In this document: piece after piece, positions 13,101 to 25,457 of the stretch
Numbering within the stretch: position 1 is the stretch's first letter
Layout: each line of letters starts with the position of its first letter
Assembly: GCA_045837725.1 (NCBI GenBank)
Contig: JBEWZL010000152.1
Location: 372,001 to 436,000, forward strand
Direction: 5' to 3'
DNA: 64,000 bases
DNA from: Vermamoeba vermiformis
Lineage: Eukaryota
The notes under the pieces: model-generated
What the model was told of the DNA's origin: nothing
The model's input: only the letters and a program-made list of their open reading frames with translations
Databases searched by the model: none
Position numbers and translations under genes: made by a program

Positions 13101-16100
13101 TACTTCCTCATCTCTTGGTTCTTGGGTAAGTCATAGACCATCTTGTCCAATATCTCGCGTCGGTACTTGATCTTCGCTTCGTTGGTTGATAGCGCCGGAT
13201 CATCGGGCAACTCAATGGCAAAGAACTTGTTCAACAAATCGACGGTGAAGTCAGCCACGTGCTTCCACTTGGGCAATGCGAATGTGATCCTCTCAATGCG
13301 CAAACTCAAACTGGTCAAGAGATTCATCATGAACTCGTCTTGCACCATGTCTTGCGGGAACTTGGATTGGAATATCTCGTTCAATTCCTCGGCTGTCTTG
13401 TCTTTGTTCTTCTCCAGCTCGTCGCCGAACAAGTTCTTGAACAAAATCAGCCGATTGATTCGTTCCTACAGAACACATTAGACTTGCCTAGTATACTCGT
13501 GCAAATACTTACTGTCAAATCTTTGGCCATCTCCACTGTGAAAGAATTGTTTATGAGACATTCCTCGAGACTGGCAACAATCCGCACGATGATCTTATTG
13601 ACTGCTTCGTTCTGGAACTTTCTCAGATCAAAGATCATTGCCAAGACCTTGCATAACTCTTCAAAGTTCCGTGAGCTCAGCCTGCAATAAGGTTAATACG
13701 GTGGCATGATAAGTGCCATATTTTGCACTCACCCTGCGTCGCCGAAGATGTAGTTACGAATGGACTGGTACTTCTCGTCGTTCAATTCCGAGTTACAAAT
13801 GCGAATGAACCCCTTCAAGTGGTCTCGCTGCCCCTTGTCAAGCAGGTTGCGGAACACTTCGCCGATCTGTAGAGTGTTAGTCATGTAACTCGGGAGCTGA
13901 GCTAAGCACATACCTTTCGAGGATTGAAGAAGTGGAAATTTCGGAGGGCAAAGTCGTAACATGACTTGATCAGCAGCAGCAGTGCGTAGTCGTTGTTTGA
14001 CTCGTACTTGACAATCACGAAGCGCAGTCGGTTGATAATTTCGTGCGTGGCATCGCGGTTCAATCCGCTCTTTGCCTCCCCTTCAACAGGAACTCGTTGA
14101 GCTGTGCGCAATGACCTCTTGGCAGGCGCAGCGGTGGGCGCATCGGGACCGCCCTCTGTCGGCTGTTGTTCCGCTGCTTGGCCCTCTTGTTGCTCTGGGG
14201 CCTCTAGGGCGTATTTGTTTCTTCCGTACAGTTCAAACACCAGCGGCAAGGCATCAGAGAGAAGAATTGAAATGTCATTAGCTTTTTTCACTTCCTCAAT
14301 TAATATCTGCGCAACCTCGCGTAATAATTCCATGCGGCGTCTGTGCACATTATCTTTTTCTGCGGGATTTCCGGCCTCTATTTCGGCGTTAGAAATGTCT
14401 ATTATTTTTAACTGTGACGGCTTACTTTTCAAGAACTGCTCGATGGGGAGCTCCTCGATCATGGCGTAGATTGGCGGCATGTAAAAGATGAAGTACTTGT
14501 AGCGGTTTATACCATTCTGAATCACAATCAGACCTTGCTTCAGTACGTCGAGCAATGTTAAGCGCTTAAAAGCTTGGTCACCGCTGTGCAAAAGTGAGCC
14601 ACGTGCGTAGATGAAAAGTCATGACTACTTACCAGTCCCACTTCGCTGGAACCTCGAAAGAACTCGTCATTTGAATCTCAAAGAATGACAATAAGCCCTG
14701 AGGCTCTGCCTTTTGCCTGATAAACAGGCTGGCTAGCTCCTGCAACAATCTCGATTAAAACACATCGGAATAATCCGGTGAGTGAACATACCAAACATGT
14801 GCATACGACTTCTGAATCATTGGCAAACTCGTCTCCAAGTCCAGCGCGCACGAAATAGAACACTGAGTTTAATCCTGACTTGAGGAAACTGACTGGATCT
14901 TTGCTACACAAGGCAAAGCTTGCGTAGTTAAACAATTCTTTTAGCACAGCATCTAAGAGTATATCGTTGGTATACTCATATCTAGGCGAGAGACATAATC
15001 GTGACATACCTTTATCATCGACCTTGGAAGACGTGTTGATTATATTTGGTAAGATTTCGCGGCTCACATCTGTCAAATCTAAATCACGCTCAGCTGCCAA
15101 ACAATACAACTCAATCATCTTGCAAATTGTTTTCTGCGAGAAGTCCGATGTATTTTTAACAGCCTCCAATGCCTTGATGCTCGCTGGTACTAATTCGGTA
15201 AAAACCTGCAACGTCGGTTAATAAAATTAAAGCGACATGACAAGAGTGACAGTGCAGAACACAAAATATATTTTAATGTGCTGCGTACCTCGGTAATACG
15301 CTGTGTGCTCAGATTACAGAAGATGAGCACACGCAGTAGCTCCATGAGCTTTGCGAACACAATTACACGATCAGATTCTGCAATTAAATCAAAATTATTT
15401 TGATGCTTTTAATGCATGATGGCAACACGACTTACCTTCGCTTAGTCCTGCAAGTATGGACGTCTTTATACCACTTCCCAACTCTAAAATATCTAGTGTG
15501 CTAAAAATAATAAATCAGAATCACTATTTTTGGTACATGATTCACACCAGGCAAAAATAGCACATACCACGTGACTCGTCTTGACAAGGCTATTAGCACA
15601 TCAATTGTACCGTCCAACAAGCCCACCGATACTTCGCTGAACAACGCCTCGAAGAGCTTGGTCAACTCGTCCGCAGTGTACGAGCGGTGCTGTGGCTGCT
15701 CGCGCAGTGCCTCCATTAGCGCACTGTCCGCAGCACTAACTTCATCTGGTGGTAATAACAGCGCTATTTTTTGCATCAATTCGATTTGTTCGCGGTCATT
15801 GTGCGTCACTTCACGCAGGTATTGCGTCAACACGTTCTCCTCGTGTAACTTCGCCTTTGAACTCTGCTCGGTCTCTAATTGTAGTGTTAGCCGAGCACAA
15901 TATATAGAATAAATCTTACCCTCGAGATCAGCGATGATGTTGCACAGACCAAGTCTCATGCCAGCACCGAGCTCTTTGTTTTCATCGACTGAATATTTTA
16001 TCGTACTCAGCAGTTCACGCCAATAGAACGGTTGTAAGGTTTGTACTAAGTCCGAATTCGATTGATATATCTCTATCATAGCATTCGCGCAAATGTCAAA

Positions 16101-16661
16101 CACTTGGCCGGCTACTCCTTCGGGATCTTGCCTTAATAGTGTGCTGCATATTCGTAAAATCTTTTCCACCAATCTTATTTTCCCTTCAATCTTCGCTTAT
16201 TAGTTTATGTGATGCTAGTTATATTGAAGTACCTTCGGTTGAAGATTTGCCATCTCTACATCAATTGTAACTATTCGGCCTGGTTGATCTCGACCTTTCG
16301 AGATTGTGCTGCATCCTAACGATAAAATATCGAGTGGTTGCCCAGTTCGAGGCAATCTATCATCAAACAGATTTAATCCTTAATTTTTGGAATTTTATTT
16401 GAATCATTGATTAATTGATTTATTTCGAATTTGACATGCACCGAGATTCTTTAAGGTATTTGAATAATTAATAATTACTTACTTGTTAATGTGCGATAAT
16501 TCATCAACTGCACTTAAAAAGTCTTCCCATTGCAGCTTAACAGGACCGAAGCTGTAAATATTTCTTCTTGGTGGCGGTTGATTGTTAGTATTATTAGCAT
16601 TATTGTTTACTTCTGGTTGGGGATTATTTTCATTTTGCACGGGAGCTGGTGGGTCGTTCAT
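10116..16661 (-). CDS. Very large multi-exon helical protein with C-terminal GNAT acetyltransferase domain
   Basis: Contiguous minus-strand exons from ATG 16661 to stop 10116, with no intergenic-size gap. The last exon has GNAT motif A (TAWVHPAYRSIGVAWKLY). Not every internal junction was verified. Confidence 0.65.
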
Positions 16662-16734
16662 GGTGTTCAAATTCAAAAATCAAAAATAAATTACACTTTA
16701 TTGAACAAACAAAAAGTACGACCGTTTTTGGACA

Positions 16735-18882
16735 TTATTTGCTTCCTAATTTAGCACGCAAATTCTCCAACTTGTTGATGTACTCATCGACATCATCTTC
16801 GTCGACAGGGGCATTATGTCTGGCTTTCTTACAGCCACCGTCTCCATATTTCTTCAAGCAGCAAATGTAAGTGAGGACCTTAGCGTCAAATCCAGGCTTC
16901 AGCAGCAACAAATCAATGTCTTTTTGTTCGATTGGTCGCCACTGAGCCGGTGACAATCCCGCGTTGAATATAAAACCGTCGTGGAAGACACCTAATACAA
17001 TATTAGCATGCTAGTTAATAGCCACTTCTATTGATGCACTTACAAGCTGCCATGCGATTATCGGCCTCGACATAGGTCTCCTTGCAGTTGTGACACTTGC
17101 GCGGCAAATTCTTGTCGACCTCTTCTTGACGACGTTGCTTTTGTTCTTCAGGTGTGACTGCAAAGGGAGTGTTAACAGACATGTGATCGATTGAAGTTGG
17201 TAACTTACGAGGCCACTCCAATGCTTTCTTAAAAGCACGTGTTAAGAACGGATGCTTTGAAATGACAACGACCCAGAACTCTCTGTTCTCATCGAATATT
17301 GCACGTTTAGCGGTCTGAATGACGAAGTTGAACATGCGATGGTTGTTGATCGAGTATGATGTGGATAAGCCCTAAGAAGATGATCAGCACCACTAACTCT
17401 CTTGTCAAAGGCGATGTACATACCATATTGGAAATGCTCTCGTTGTCGTTCACACCAACAAGCGAGTCCAAATCAAAGATCGCCATAGACTTGACGTACT
17501 CACCGCACTCATTCACTTTGTCCGTCAAGTTCTCCATTGCCTTGTTGTCATCAAAGGCTGCACTTGAGAGCAACAGATCCAAGTCAAAGAGTTGAATGTA
17601 GTCGAGACTGCGTTGGAATGCAAAATCAGCGAGCCAAGGCAATACTTTGAACGTGGATGAAAGACCCTTGACAGCCTTCTCCTCCAAGCTAATCTCCTTT
17701 TCTGTTTGAATGACACGTGCTTTCAAGTCAATGTGAACGCGGCCAGTCATGTTGTCCTTTTGGCCAGGAGAAGGAACGACCTTCGCCACGTTGGCTGAGT
17801 AAATAGAGTTAACTCAATGGCAAGGCACCGTACAGTCGAGGCACTTACCTTTGCCTTCAGAGTTCAGCGTGTCAATCAGCTGCTTATTGGTCTTCAAGAT
17901 CAAAGGCAATGAATAGTTGCCAAGACGGATTGAGAACTGGTTGCTGATAATAATGGCCAGGTCCAACAACTCATCATTGGTGAGCTGTTGCTTGTTGTTC
18001 ATCTTCGAGAACACGATCATATTAGATCGCAACTGCACCATAGCAGCACCACTGAAGTTGGTAGTCAGCGTGACGGCAAAGCGCATTTGCTCCTCAGCAA
18101 TACGAAGCTAGCATGTGTCAGTTATATGATAGCTATAATGATTATCATCCGTACCTTCTGTTCCTCAACTGCCTTCATAATAGCCTCACGTGCTTTACGA
18201 CCAGGTCGGCCAACGAAGAACTTGCCCGACATTCGACGCAAGAAGGCTTCATCCATCATGTTCAGTCTGTTCGTGGATGCCAAGAAGATCAAATTAGGCA
18301 CATCCTTAATGCCTCCAATCACAGCCAAGAGGACACTCAATGCGTCAACTTTGTGCTCTGAAGCACCACCATCTCTCTTCGGGGTCAACGAGTCTGCTCA
18401 ACGTTAGCACACGCATGCATGACCAGACTAATAACATACCGATTTCATCAATAGAGATGCAGCATAGTAAGTGTGGCACTCGTCGTGCACGATTGCAGAG
18501 GTCCAACAGAATTCTTTCAGTTTGACCAACCAACGAGCGGTTGCTGGGAGCACGTGCTCGGGGATCCACCTGTGGTGGTCCCTTAGGGGCAACAGCTTGA
18601 CGTGGCTGGCAATAGAAAATAAATACAAGGTCGATTATAATACTTATAGCTTACGGCTGGCTCGGGCACTTCATTTGTCTGCTTGTCAATTTCAGCATTA
18701 ATGGCTCGGATCATGCTCGAAAACCCAAAGCAATTATTATAACCAGCCTCGTATACAGGCCTCTCTTTAGTATCGATCAATTGACCAAAGTATTCCAGCA
18801 TCTCATCCAACGACTTTTGCTTATTTTTCAATTGCAATATTTGGTCGTAATTATTTTGAAAAAAATCCACAATACTGTCCAT
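16735..18882 (-). CDS. Two-domain AAA+ (CDC48/NSF-like) protein lacking Walker A, with C-terminal Cys/His zinc finger; 5' end uncertain
   Basis: NRSLVGQTER, Walker B CCISIDEI|DSLTPKR, second region of homology LASTNRLNMMDEAFLRR. Degenerate second domain SMAIFDLDSLV. C-terminal CHNC...C..FHDG...YICC...GC...H. Confidence 0.8.
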
Positions 18883-19158
18883 ATTTCTGTATTTTAATAC
18901 CTGAGAATACAAGTTAATTAATATTCCGCTTGAAATCAATTCGCCAATTGGTTATCAAGTCTTACTGTCGCACCTTTCTCTAATTTATGAAATACTGTTG
19001 ATTAATAATATGTATAGCACTAAGGACTCGTGTGCTACTCGAAGAATAAGATTGAACAAGAAAAATTGAAAAAAAATTCAAATTTTATAACTTTGAAGAA
19101 GAGCACAACGCCTGTACATAGTGTATTTATTGTATTATTAATATTTATATTATATTTA

Positions 19159-22100
19159 ATGGATCCAACCGCGGCCCAACAACTGGATGCTTGGATCGGC
19201 GAGGGCTGTCGATATACTTGTCTTTACAGGGCAGCCACTGACGGATTCAGCAACAAAACATTTCACAAATTATGCGATCATAAAGGACCAACAGTAGCAC
19301 TAGTAAAGCTAAAGGATGGTCGCCTGTTTGGCGGCTACACAACTACTGCGTGGACGAGTGCATCTAGAAACTTCCAGCCAAGCATCAATTCCTTTTTATT
19401 TATGTTATATGTTGATAGTAGAACATTTAAGCCTATTTTCTGCCCTCCAGTGCCGAATCATACCAAGTCTGTCCTACACGACCTCAACTTCGGGGCCTTC
19501 TTTCGGGCAGAGCGACCTGATAATTAATTTAGATAATTTAAGTTCTTCATATTGTGCAGTTAGTAAGTACAATCACTCATATAAGACCAAATATAATTTC
19601 ATTCGAAATTTTTTTCGTATTTTTTATTTATTCGAACCCTTTTCGAATACTGTAACAATTGTCTGCAGCAGCATTTACATTTAGCAATAGAAATAATTCA
19701 ATTTATTACGGCTGCATCTTAATTAATTTCCCATACCCGCAGACAGCGCGTACAAGGTTCCCAAAGGTTGGGATGCACTTGGTCAAACCTGTATAACCCC
19801 TTCAGCCAATGGATGGGGCTCGCAAGTTGAAGATGTATTTGTATATTCTGTCAGTCCTCGTACGTAGCGCGCATTGACTTGCGATCTGCTCGATCGTGAC
19901 ACCTCTTACTCACGCACATCTTTTAGTGAACCTCGTATCAACAATATTAGATGAAAAGTCGTTTGGCCAGCTCACTGATTGGATAGGAAAGGTGTGCAGC
20001 TTTACGGTCCTGTACAAAGCTGCATTGAATGGATGTAGTGCTCGTTTGTTCCACAGTTTGTGCGACAATCAAGGTTCGTAACAATACGTCTATTTGTGGA
20101 TTAATTAATGCTGATTTTCGTTTTCCGGACAAGTGGCAGCAGTATAAAATAAGTCCGCGTGACATATGAAACTGATCTCTACCTCTTTAGGTCCCACCAT
20201 TACAGTAGTATCAACACGTTCAGGCCGAGTGTTCGGTGGATATACCCCAGAGTCATGGGCTGGTGTCGATTATAAAGCAGCACCGCGCTCGTTCTTATTC
20301 TTGTTGTACAGCGGTCAAGGCAAATACACGCCTGTCCTATTTCCAGGTGCGTAACATTAACCGCGTATTTACAGAAAAACAACTTAAAGGAACATTTTCT
20401 CTGTCATAATGCATATATATTTTACTACGACTTAAATGCCCCGCGATAGTTCTTTAATGACAGCGGATCAATTCGCCACGAATGATAGCAAGTCTAATTT
20501 TATGCCAGTATCTATTTATTACAATGAAATTATTTCTAATTTCTTCACTTTCCTTTGCGGTATTCTATTAATAGTAGCTCTAACTGTTATTTAGCAAAAC
20601 AAAACCAGCCACACACAATATGTCGACATCCAGCACTAGGCCCTACTTTTGGAGGCGGTTATGACTTGAGCATTAACCTAGATGATAGTAAGCTTGGAAT
20701 TTACGTAATTTTGCCACTTTCACCGTTGTAGATAACATTTTTACGCTTTTAGTGCCCGCATCAAGTTCCAACCTTGGCGTGTCATTCGAACTGCCATCTG
20801 GAATGCAAGGTCAAACTGCACTGGCAGGATCCTATAATACTTGGGGTGGTGAAGTCGTTGATATCGAAGTTATTCAAGGTATAAGTACTATCGGAGAATA
20901 GCACTCGGAGTTAATTCTAATCAATTGGTCAATAGTATTCGAGACTGAAATACCTCCTGAACTCAAACAACAAGCAAAGCCTAAACCACCTCCTAAACCT
21001 CAACCTAAAGTCAAACCGCAACCGGTGACACCTCCAAAAGCGACAGCTACGCAACCGACATCTAACATACAACCGGTGAAGTTGCCGATTCCTGATTGGG
21101 CATCGCTGTGGAAGGACGTTGACTTCTTATTCAAGTATAAGCCAAGGTAAATACTTAATATTAATATTAAAGACGCAAATTCCACTCACATAAAGTTCTT
21201 CGTTCACTGAATCGGTAAATTAGTGCTATTTTTAACTACTGCATATTTCGGATACTTTTTATTCCCCTGTGCCCGATTTCGTATGCTAAATTTGCCTCAT
21301 AGGTACGGCGAAGAGCTCGGCGTGATTTCAGCCAATGTGCTGCTGGTCGGAGGAGTGAACAGCGGCAAATCATCATTCGTCAACTCGGCCTACAGCACCG
21401 TGTCGAATCATGTCGAGTTTGTGGCTCCTGTTACAGGCGGTAAGTGTTGACTCGTTGCGAATTGAATCAAGCTTCGCCTTGCACCTTCGGAGACGAATGG
21501 CACCTCAGCCTCGTGACCCGTTAATCTCCGTCGTAGCTAGTTTGTTGACCTATCGGTTGTGTTCTCGTCATGATAAGCTGAAATTAGCGCTGCCGAAATT
21601 TTATTGGCTGTGTTACCGTTGATGTCGAGTCTTTACCTTGACATAGCACGTCGGTTAATGAAATTAGACCATTCATTAACTGATTCAATTGGCAATCGAA
21701 CATTATCGAATATCATGTCGCTGAGTTTTCAAGCGTGAAATCGTACGTGTGTCAATGACGAAATTATTCCACGCACGTCGAGTGAGGACTATTAGATTAC
21801 GAGATTACTATCATACTGGGTGCCGCTTGCAATTTACTACGGCAGTAAATCGACCGCTTGATATTTAATCTCACTTTTAATCTCCCGCAATTGCTTTTTT
21901 TGGACCTTTTGACCGTTAAGTTTTCCTGACCTTTACGTAAATCAGCCAGTCAAAGTTGGACACTTTATGCTATTTCTCGGATAAATTCCACGTAAACTAA
22001 TCCTTACTTTTAACTAGGTAATGATCCGACGACGCTAGACTACGAGCGTTATCCGTTACTCGACTTGAATGTAGAACTGCGCGATATGTGGGGCTGGAGT

Positions 22101-23817
22101 GACAAAGGACTCGATGTAAGTTAGTCGTTAAGTATAATTTCAACACTATACAGCGGTGGACCATAGAATTCCGTGGATTTACCGTTGCACGCACACCTCG
22201 AGATCACGTGCTGAAACGAGGAAAAACTTAAGTTTATAGTGCTAAAATTCCGGCTGAAACGGTTAATTCCCGATTCGGTAAACGCGGGATTGATCTGCTT
22301 TCTCGACGTTTTGAGGTTAAGTAATCGCAAAATTGACATTTTTTCTATTAGGCCAAGGAAATCGAGTGGTTAATCGATGGAAAGGTTCCGAACAAGACTA
22401 GGAAGACAGAGCTCAACCCCCGATTCAATGGCCTGCAAACAGTAAGTCAGATGTTGGCAGATCGTGTGTCACCGTTTTTTTAATTGACGCCTCGGGTTAC
22501 AAAATCTTCTATCGAATCGCAACTTTAATATAAATTGAACCAAGATATTTGTTACATATTGTCTCAATATCGGTCACTCGCGGGTTAAAATTTATTTTGA
22601 CAGGTATGAAAGGGCAAAATTTGTGTGAATCAAACTTTTACTCAGATCCGCCTAGATTTTTTTCTTATTTATGCGAATAATTGCAAAGTAACCACTTCGA
22701 ATCAAATCATGCATTGGAATTCTAATATATTTTGCGTTTCGGTTTCTAATTGTAAACAATAGTCGGCTGCCCTTTTATTTTTTAAGATTGCGAATAAATT
22801 CGGTGTACTGCGTGCGGATGTGTTTCGCTCACAATTTCTCACGTGTTATTTTAGGAGGTTTCGCTTAGTGATGCCGCTCATGCCGTAATCATATTTGTAC
22901 CTGCGAGTGCTATGCGTGACTTCGCGGCCTACTGGACCAGATTTGAAACTCTACTTAAAATTGCACGAACAAAAGGTAACCCCGCGTTTATAGCCATAAT
23001 TGGCAATTCTAATTTGTATGATGCTCCAGATATGCAAGTGGTAGTTGTAATTGCCATGTCAGATCTGCTGGACGACGCGTGTAAAGGCCACGCTGAGAAA
23101 GTGTATGAGAGCAATGCAGTCGCTCAAGCAATCGCGCAGATTCACCACGTCACCGGCCTGCCTCCTAACACTATCTTTCCGCTCGTTAATTACTTCTGGA
23201 ATGATACTGGCAAGAGCATGATTATCGAGAAAATGGTAGCGATGATTCTGATCCGTGTGCTGGAGCAAGCTGATGGCATGTTCTTGCGCCGATTCAATCA
23301 ACAACGCCTTGGGTAAGTATTTTTACACTTTAGCAACGTGCTTGTTGCGATTCCAGTCGCCTGTATATAGTTTGCCAAATTGCGAAACACAAAATCTTTG
23401 TTTCTGGAACGTGCTCATCGATTAAACAGAGGAAAGCCCAAGCAATCCCCGACTGGTGTTAAGAAGGAGGATGTATCAGAAGCGAAAGATAAACTCCAAG
23501 CGCTATCAATCGTGGATCAGGTCCCAACGGACACCGAACCAAAACGTCAGAAGTTCAGACTGACGTTGTTTGTGCGAGCTGAAGAAGAAACAGGTGATAC
23601 TTTCGAAGAGATAGAAATCAACAGACCTACCCTCAATGAGCTCAAGAAGAAGATCTGCGAGAAATTTGCGCCACGTTTGCCAGACATGATCTTGAGCATC
23701 AAAAAGCTGAGCGGCGAGAATAAGAGTGTCAAAGTGCTCGTGGCCGACGACGAAGCAGTTAGTAAGCTAAAAGATGAATCAAGTATCGAAGTCGAGTTCC
23801 GTACTGAACGTTGGTAG
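19159..23817 (+). CDS. IFI44-like protein: TLDc-TLDc-Pro-rich linker-P-loop GTPase-ubiquitin-like domain; +1 frameshift near 19475
   Basis: Two TLDc repeats (LYRAATDGFS..FHKLCDHKGPT..FGGYT; LYKAALNGCS..FHSLCDNQGPT..FGGYT..GPTFGGGYDL). G1 LLVGGVNSGKSSFVNS, G3 LRDMWG, and IFI44-like IFPLVNY. The last exon is joined via intron about 23313-23429. Confidence 0.8.
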
Positions 23818-25457
23818 TGGCTGCGGCACAATTTTTACTGCGGAAATTTCTGCAATAAATTGATCAATTTATCGCTATTTGATACTGCATTTACAGAGTA
23901 AATCATGGAAATATCGCATTACCCTACCCCAGTAACCCTTTATGTGATCAGAGTACGTTGCTTGCGCACGGTCAAGCTGTTTTGAAGATACGGGGCATCG
24001 AGTACAAAATAGGCAAAACTGGCTTTTAGCCAATCATCTAATGTAGATTTACTTATTGAACCATTCTAGGCTTTAAGGTCGTTCATTAATGTTCACCTGT
24101 CGAAATGCAATGAATTTCCGCTTGAAACTGAAAGCTAAAAGTAGTTTCTTCGGACGATCTCCTTTCGATAAACTGTTAAGTGAGTCAAATGGTAGAAAAC
24201 ACTAAGAATTTGTCACGGTTTTACTTAACCTGACATTTGGCCTGAATATGTCTGGCGTTGAAGAAAATCTTTTGGATTCGCATCCCAACGACAATCCCCA
24301 AAAAGAGAAATCTCTAATCGATGGAATCCTTTCGGCCGTTTTCGAGTATTACTTAACCTTACACTGATTCAGGAAAACAATCGCGATGCTTACAAGTAAA
24401 GCATTGCTGAAATTATTGGAGCTATCTTTAGCTCTTTGTGCGCATTACACGGTTGAATAATCCAGCCTAACTGAAATCGTTACTTAAGCTCCAAATAAAC
24501 CTCCTCGATACCAATCGATCACTTTTGTAACCAAAAAGAAAGGCATCTGCGCTTAAAGTTTCCGACATAATTTGTGACGGAAAGGAGCGCAATTCGAGCT
24601 TCATAGGACTTGCACGCGTAGTAGTACCGAAACTCGTTAGTATTTTGGCGATGGTACGCTCAGGAACAATAAATTTTATTGTGCTTGCGATAAAACCAAA
24701 TAATTCCTATTTCAGACCTGAATAAATGCAATGACTCGGACCTATTTACAGCGTATCTTACTGGGTGGGCCGATGACTTGTAACAAGTCTTCAAGATTGG
24801 ATTTCGATTGTGCACGCTCGGGACGTTTTCGGCAGCGTCATAAGTCTTTCGAACGTTAGTGCGTAAGGCAGTTAAGACATAAAATCGCACTAAAGCAGCA
24901 AATAATAATAAAAATAATTCATTCAACTTGCTGTCATGATGGATTCCATGTCCCAGATCAAATCGAAGCGGATGCACTCCGGCGCACCGAGCCATAATAG
25001 CAATGGATGTGCGCGTAGCTGAAAAAGAAGGAAAAATCAATAAGGCTATATAAGTCAAAATGAAAACACTTGAGTGATTCACAATGGGATTCATTAGGAT
25101 TGCTGAATCTCACTTCTCAATCCACCTGTCTGGGTGTACTAAAAATATATTATTGCGCGAGATTCTCCGGCCAAAAAAAAAGGCCATGTGACTGACAAAG
25201 GGATAAATAAGCGTGAAAATTGGTTAGTTTTTATTCCATCACCAACTGGACTGCAACAGGTTAGCTGAAACCTTGTATAGTATTACTTGCAAGGTCTTAC
25301 ATCCACCGGGCTTACATCGTCATCATTGGTTAAAATCAAAGAGCAACCTTGCCTCGCATCAAGTAAGTTCCGCATCCCACAAACCCCGTAACTTACCTCA
25401 TCCGCTACTTGGGCCTTGAATTGACTAACGCTTTACTTTGCAGTTATTCATTATAAA

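Noticed and set aside
23855-23872. 18-bp palindrome ATAAATTGATCAATTTAT as a terminator
   Set aside because: AT-only, overlaps a likely AATAAA poly(A) signal, and intrinsic terminators do not apply to this eukaryotic gene.
24660-25094. 144-aa minus-strand ORF as a protein-coding gene
   Set aside because: No recognisable motif and no convincing spliced continuation; left as part of the unexplained gap.
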